Made by a program: the position numbers and the translations under genes
Shown: positions 61,984 through 64,000 of the stretch, in pieces
How positions within the stretch are numbered: position 1 is the first letter of the stretch
Layout of the letters: the number at the start of each line of letters is the position of its first letter
Notes under the pieces: generated by a model
Told to the model about the DNA's origin: nothing
Seen by the model: only the letters and a program-made list of their open reading frames with translations
The model's database searches: none
DNA from: a virus
IMG/VR virus record: IMGVR_UViG_3300022602_000036
Coordinates: 64,001 to 128,000 of that record
DNA length: 64,000 bases
Reading direction: 5' to 3' (one strand)

Positions 61984-62004
61984 CTAATGGTTAATAATAC
62001 GTCT

Positions 62005-62033
62005 ATTATACACTCAAAATCTAAAGTTGTCAA
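62005..62033 (-). promoter_or_regulatory. sigma70-type promoter
   Basis: reverse complement TTGACA-N17-TATAAT. Confidence 0.85.
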
Positions 62034-62058
62034 GTGTTAAATCATGATAAATACTCTT

Positions 62059-62523
62059 ATGCTGATTACAGAATTTTTCTTTGAAACTAAACGTAAACAA
62101 TCTCAAACCAATGAGTTTAAAGATTGTATAGTCCCAGTTCCTCGCCCGCTTAAAAGCAAGACCCCTGTAGCTGAAGACCAGTGGACTAACCAGGACAATA
62201 CCTATCACACAGGCAACGGGCAATGGCACGAAAATGGTGGTGAATGGTCGGGTGGTAGCAACAGTACCTATCACACAGGTCAGGGCATGTGGGAAGACCT
62301 AGCCACAAGTAACTATATCACCAATGAAAATGAACATGTAGATTTTGGTGACATTATCACAGCACGCAACCTAATAGGATTGTCCTTAGATAATCCAAAA
62401 GAACACAAGCACAAGTATTTTGAATTTTTAAAACATCTTAGAAATAAAGCAGGTGAAGAATACAGTACACAAGTACATCAACTTGCGGCCAAACTAGCCA
62501 AATCAGCTAAGGACTCAGACTAA
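62059..62523 (+). CDS. hypothetical late protein (probable start 62059)
   Basis: MLITEFFFE after TAAATA; internal duplicated TYHTG.G.W. Confidence 0.7.
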   Translation: MLITEFFFETKRKQSQTNEFKDCIVPVPRPLKSKTPVAEDQWTNQDNTYHTGNGQWHENGGEWSGGSNSTYHTGQGMWEDLATSNYITNENEHVDFGDIITARNLIGLSLDNPKEHKHKYFEFLKHLRNKAGEEYSTQVHQLAAKLAKSAKDSD

Positions 62524-64000
62524 TGGCATCATTACAGTATTATTATATATCAAGCACACCAGGCCCAAAGGCGTTTACTATGCCCAAAGGATTCCAAGCT
62601 AATGTAGAAGTACATTGCTGGGGAGCAGGTGGTGGTGACGGCACTGGCGGAGTTGGTGGCGGTGGTGGATATGTTAAATCTCTGGTTACTATCAATCCAG
62701 GCGATATTGTTGAAATTGGCGTTGGCCTACAGGGTGCGGCTGCTAGTGGGCAAAGTGCAGGCGCAGGTGGCGGTAGTAGTATTGGTTTTAGCTATGCCGG
62801 CGGTTCAGGCGGCGGTAGTGGCGACGAAGATGCAGACATGGGCGCAGGTGGTGGTGGTGGTGGAGCTACCGTAGTAGAAGTTAACGGAATACCTGTAGCT
62901 GTAGCCGCTGGTGGCGGTGGTGGTGGTGGTAACGGAGACGATGGTGGCGCCGGTGGAGCGGGATTACCTGGCGGAGTGCAGGCAAGTGCCACTGGGTGGT
63001 ATCCAGTATCACTAAGCTGGGCTTGGAATAGTTTTATGAATAGCTATGCTATTTGGACTGGTGGTAGTCAAGATGTTACTACTAATGTCTATACTACTAT
63101 TGTAAATTTCCCTACATCAGGCACATATACATTTAATCTATCAACAGACAACTATGGTAGTCTAACTTTAGATTCAACATTGATAATAAGTTATAGCGAT
63201 TTTACCACAACTGGAACTACTACACACGCAGTTACCGCAGGCAATCATACTATAACATTAAGTATCACTAACCAAGGTGGCCCAGCAGGTATTGCAGCAC
63301 AGATTTTAAATCCAGACAGTTCAGAACTATGGGATACTAGAAATCCGCAGAACTTCCCACAACTAAATTCAACCACACAAGGCGCAGCAGGTGCTTATGG
63401 ATCAGCTGGTGGCGGCGGAGGAGGCGGTGGTGTATTTGGAGGCCTTGGCGGCACTGCCACAGGCGATGACCAGGGAGGTGCTCCAGGCGGTAGCGGCGGA
63501 CTTCAACTAGGCGATACTAAACTGCCAGGATCAGGAGAATTTGCAGGTGGCCGTACAACCACTTATGCGCCAACTGCACCATATGGTAATGCTGGATATG
63601 GTGGGTATGCTATATTGGTGTTGACACGTAGATTCCAGCTTTGGAATAAAGTAACTGGTGCGTGGAATCAAATTACCAATGCTTGGCAAAAAGTAAATGG
63701 CCAATGGCAAAGTATCTCTCAAATTTATATAAAAAATAATGGTGCTTGGAATCCACTACTAAGTACTACTGTAATTAACGACAAACGTAGTGTACAATAT
63801 ACTACACAGGGCACTTATAGTTGGATCTGTCCAGCGGATATTATTCGTGTTAAAGCCAGAGTATATGGTGCAGGCGGAGCAGGAACAGGTGGTGCTGGTG
63901 GCGCAGGTGGATATGCAGAAAAGTATCTAACAGTTACCCCAGGTGCAACCTATACCGCAGTAGTTGGTGCAGGAACTAGTGCCACAGGACAGGACAGTAG
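62523..64000 (+). CDS. glycine-rich tail-fibre-like protein (partial, not in track)
   Basis: ATG 62523 is open to the window end: MASLQYYYISSTPG...WGAGGG..., with a PA14-like central segment (FNLSTDNYG...GNHTI...NQGGPAGIA) and K..G.W repeats. Confidence 0.85.
   Translation, partial: MASLQYYYISSTPGPKAFTMPKGFQANVEVHCWGAGGGDGTGGVGGGGGYVKSLVTINPGDIVEIGVGLQGAAASGQSAGAGGGSSIGFSYAGGSGGGSGDEDADMGAGGGGGGATVVEVNGIPVAVAAGGGGGGGNGDDGGAGGAGLPGGVQASATGWYPVSLSWAWNSFMNSYAIWTGGSQDVTTNVYTTIVNFPTSGTYTFNLSTDNYGSLTLDSTLIISYSDFTTTGTTTHAVTAGNHTITLSITNQGGPAGIAAQILNPDSSELWDTRNPQNFPQLNSTTQGAAGAYGSAGGGGGGGGVFGGLGGTATGDDQGGAPGGSGGLQLGDTKLPGSGEFAGGRTTTYAPTAPYGNAGYGGYAILVLTRRFQLWNKVTGAWNQITNAWQKVNGQWQSISQIYIKNNGAWNPLLSTTVINDKRSVQYTTQGTYSWICPADIIRVKARVYGAGGAGTGGAGGAGGYAEKYLTVTPGATYTAVVGAGTSATGQDS

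Overview
This window is best read as a 64-kb stretch of an AT-rich, large (jumbo-type) tailed dsDNA phage genome, not a bacterial chromosome. It has densely packed, mostly + strand genes and two promoter classes: sigma70-type TTGAC(A/T)-N17/18-TATAAT and T4-late-like TAAATA. Core phage functions include tail/baseplate/fibre genes, ATP-dependent DNA ligase, clamp loader, a stand-alone DnaE fragment, PhoH and a full lysis cassette. It also carries many host-like proteostasis and translation genes: ClpP, ClpA, GroES/GroEL, a second GroES-like protein, DnaJ, IF-1, TraR/DksA, Dps, SOD and ErpA/IscA. The proteobacterial-looking GroEL/ErpA and the spanins suggest a Gram-negative proteobacterial host (inference). 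The most striking element is not in the ORF track: a circularly permuted (two-piece) tmRNA at about 5591-5925. It encodes an unusually long 28-aa tag (AKASTLGTVKVSMGRGFRFARGTEAVAA) in the same window as phage ClpP and ClpA, suggesting a phage-owned ribosome-rescue and degradation circuit. Other leads: many apparently leaderless genes directly behind TAAATA or sigma70 promoters, several candidate structured RNAs, a ParB-like(DAQHR)+HNH gene pair beside the tmRNA, a dispersed set of tailoring enzymes, and head-internal proteins with repeated prohead-protease-like sites. All calls come from motif reading by eye; no searches were run.
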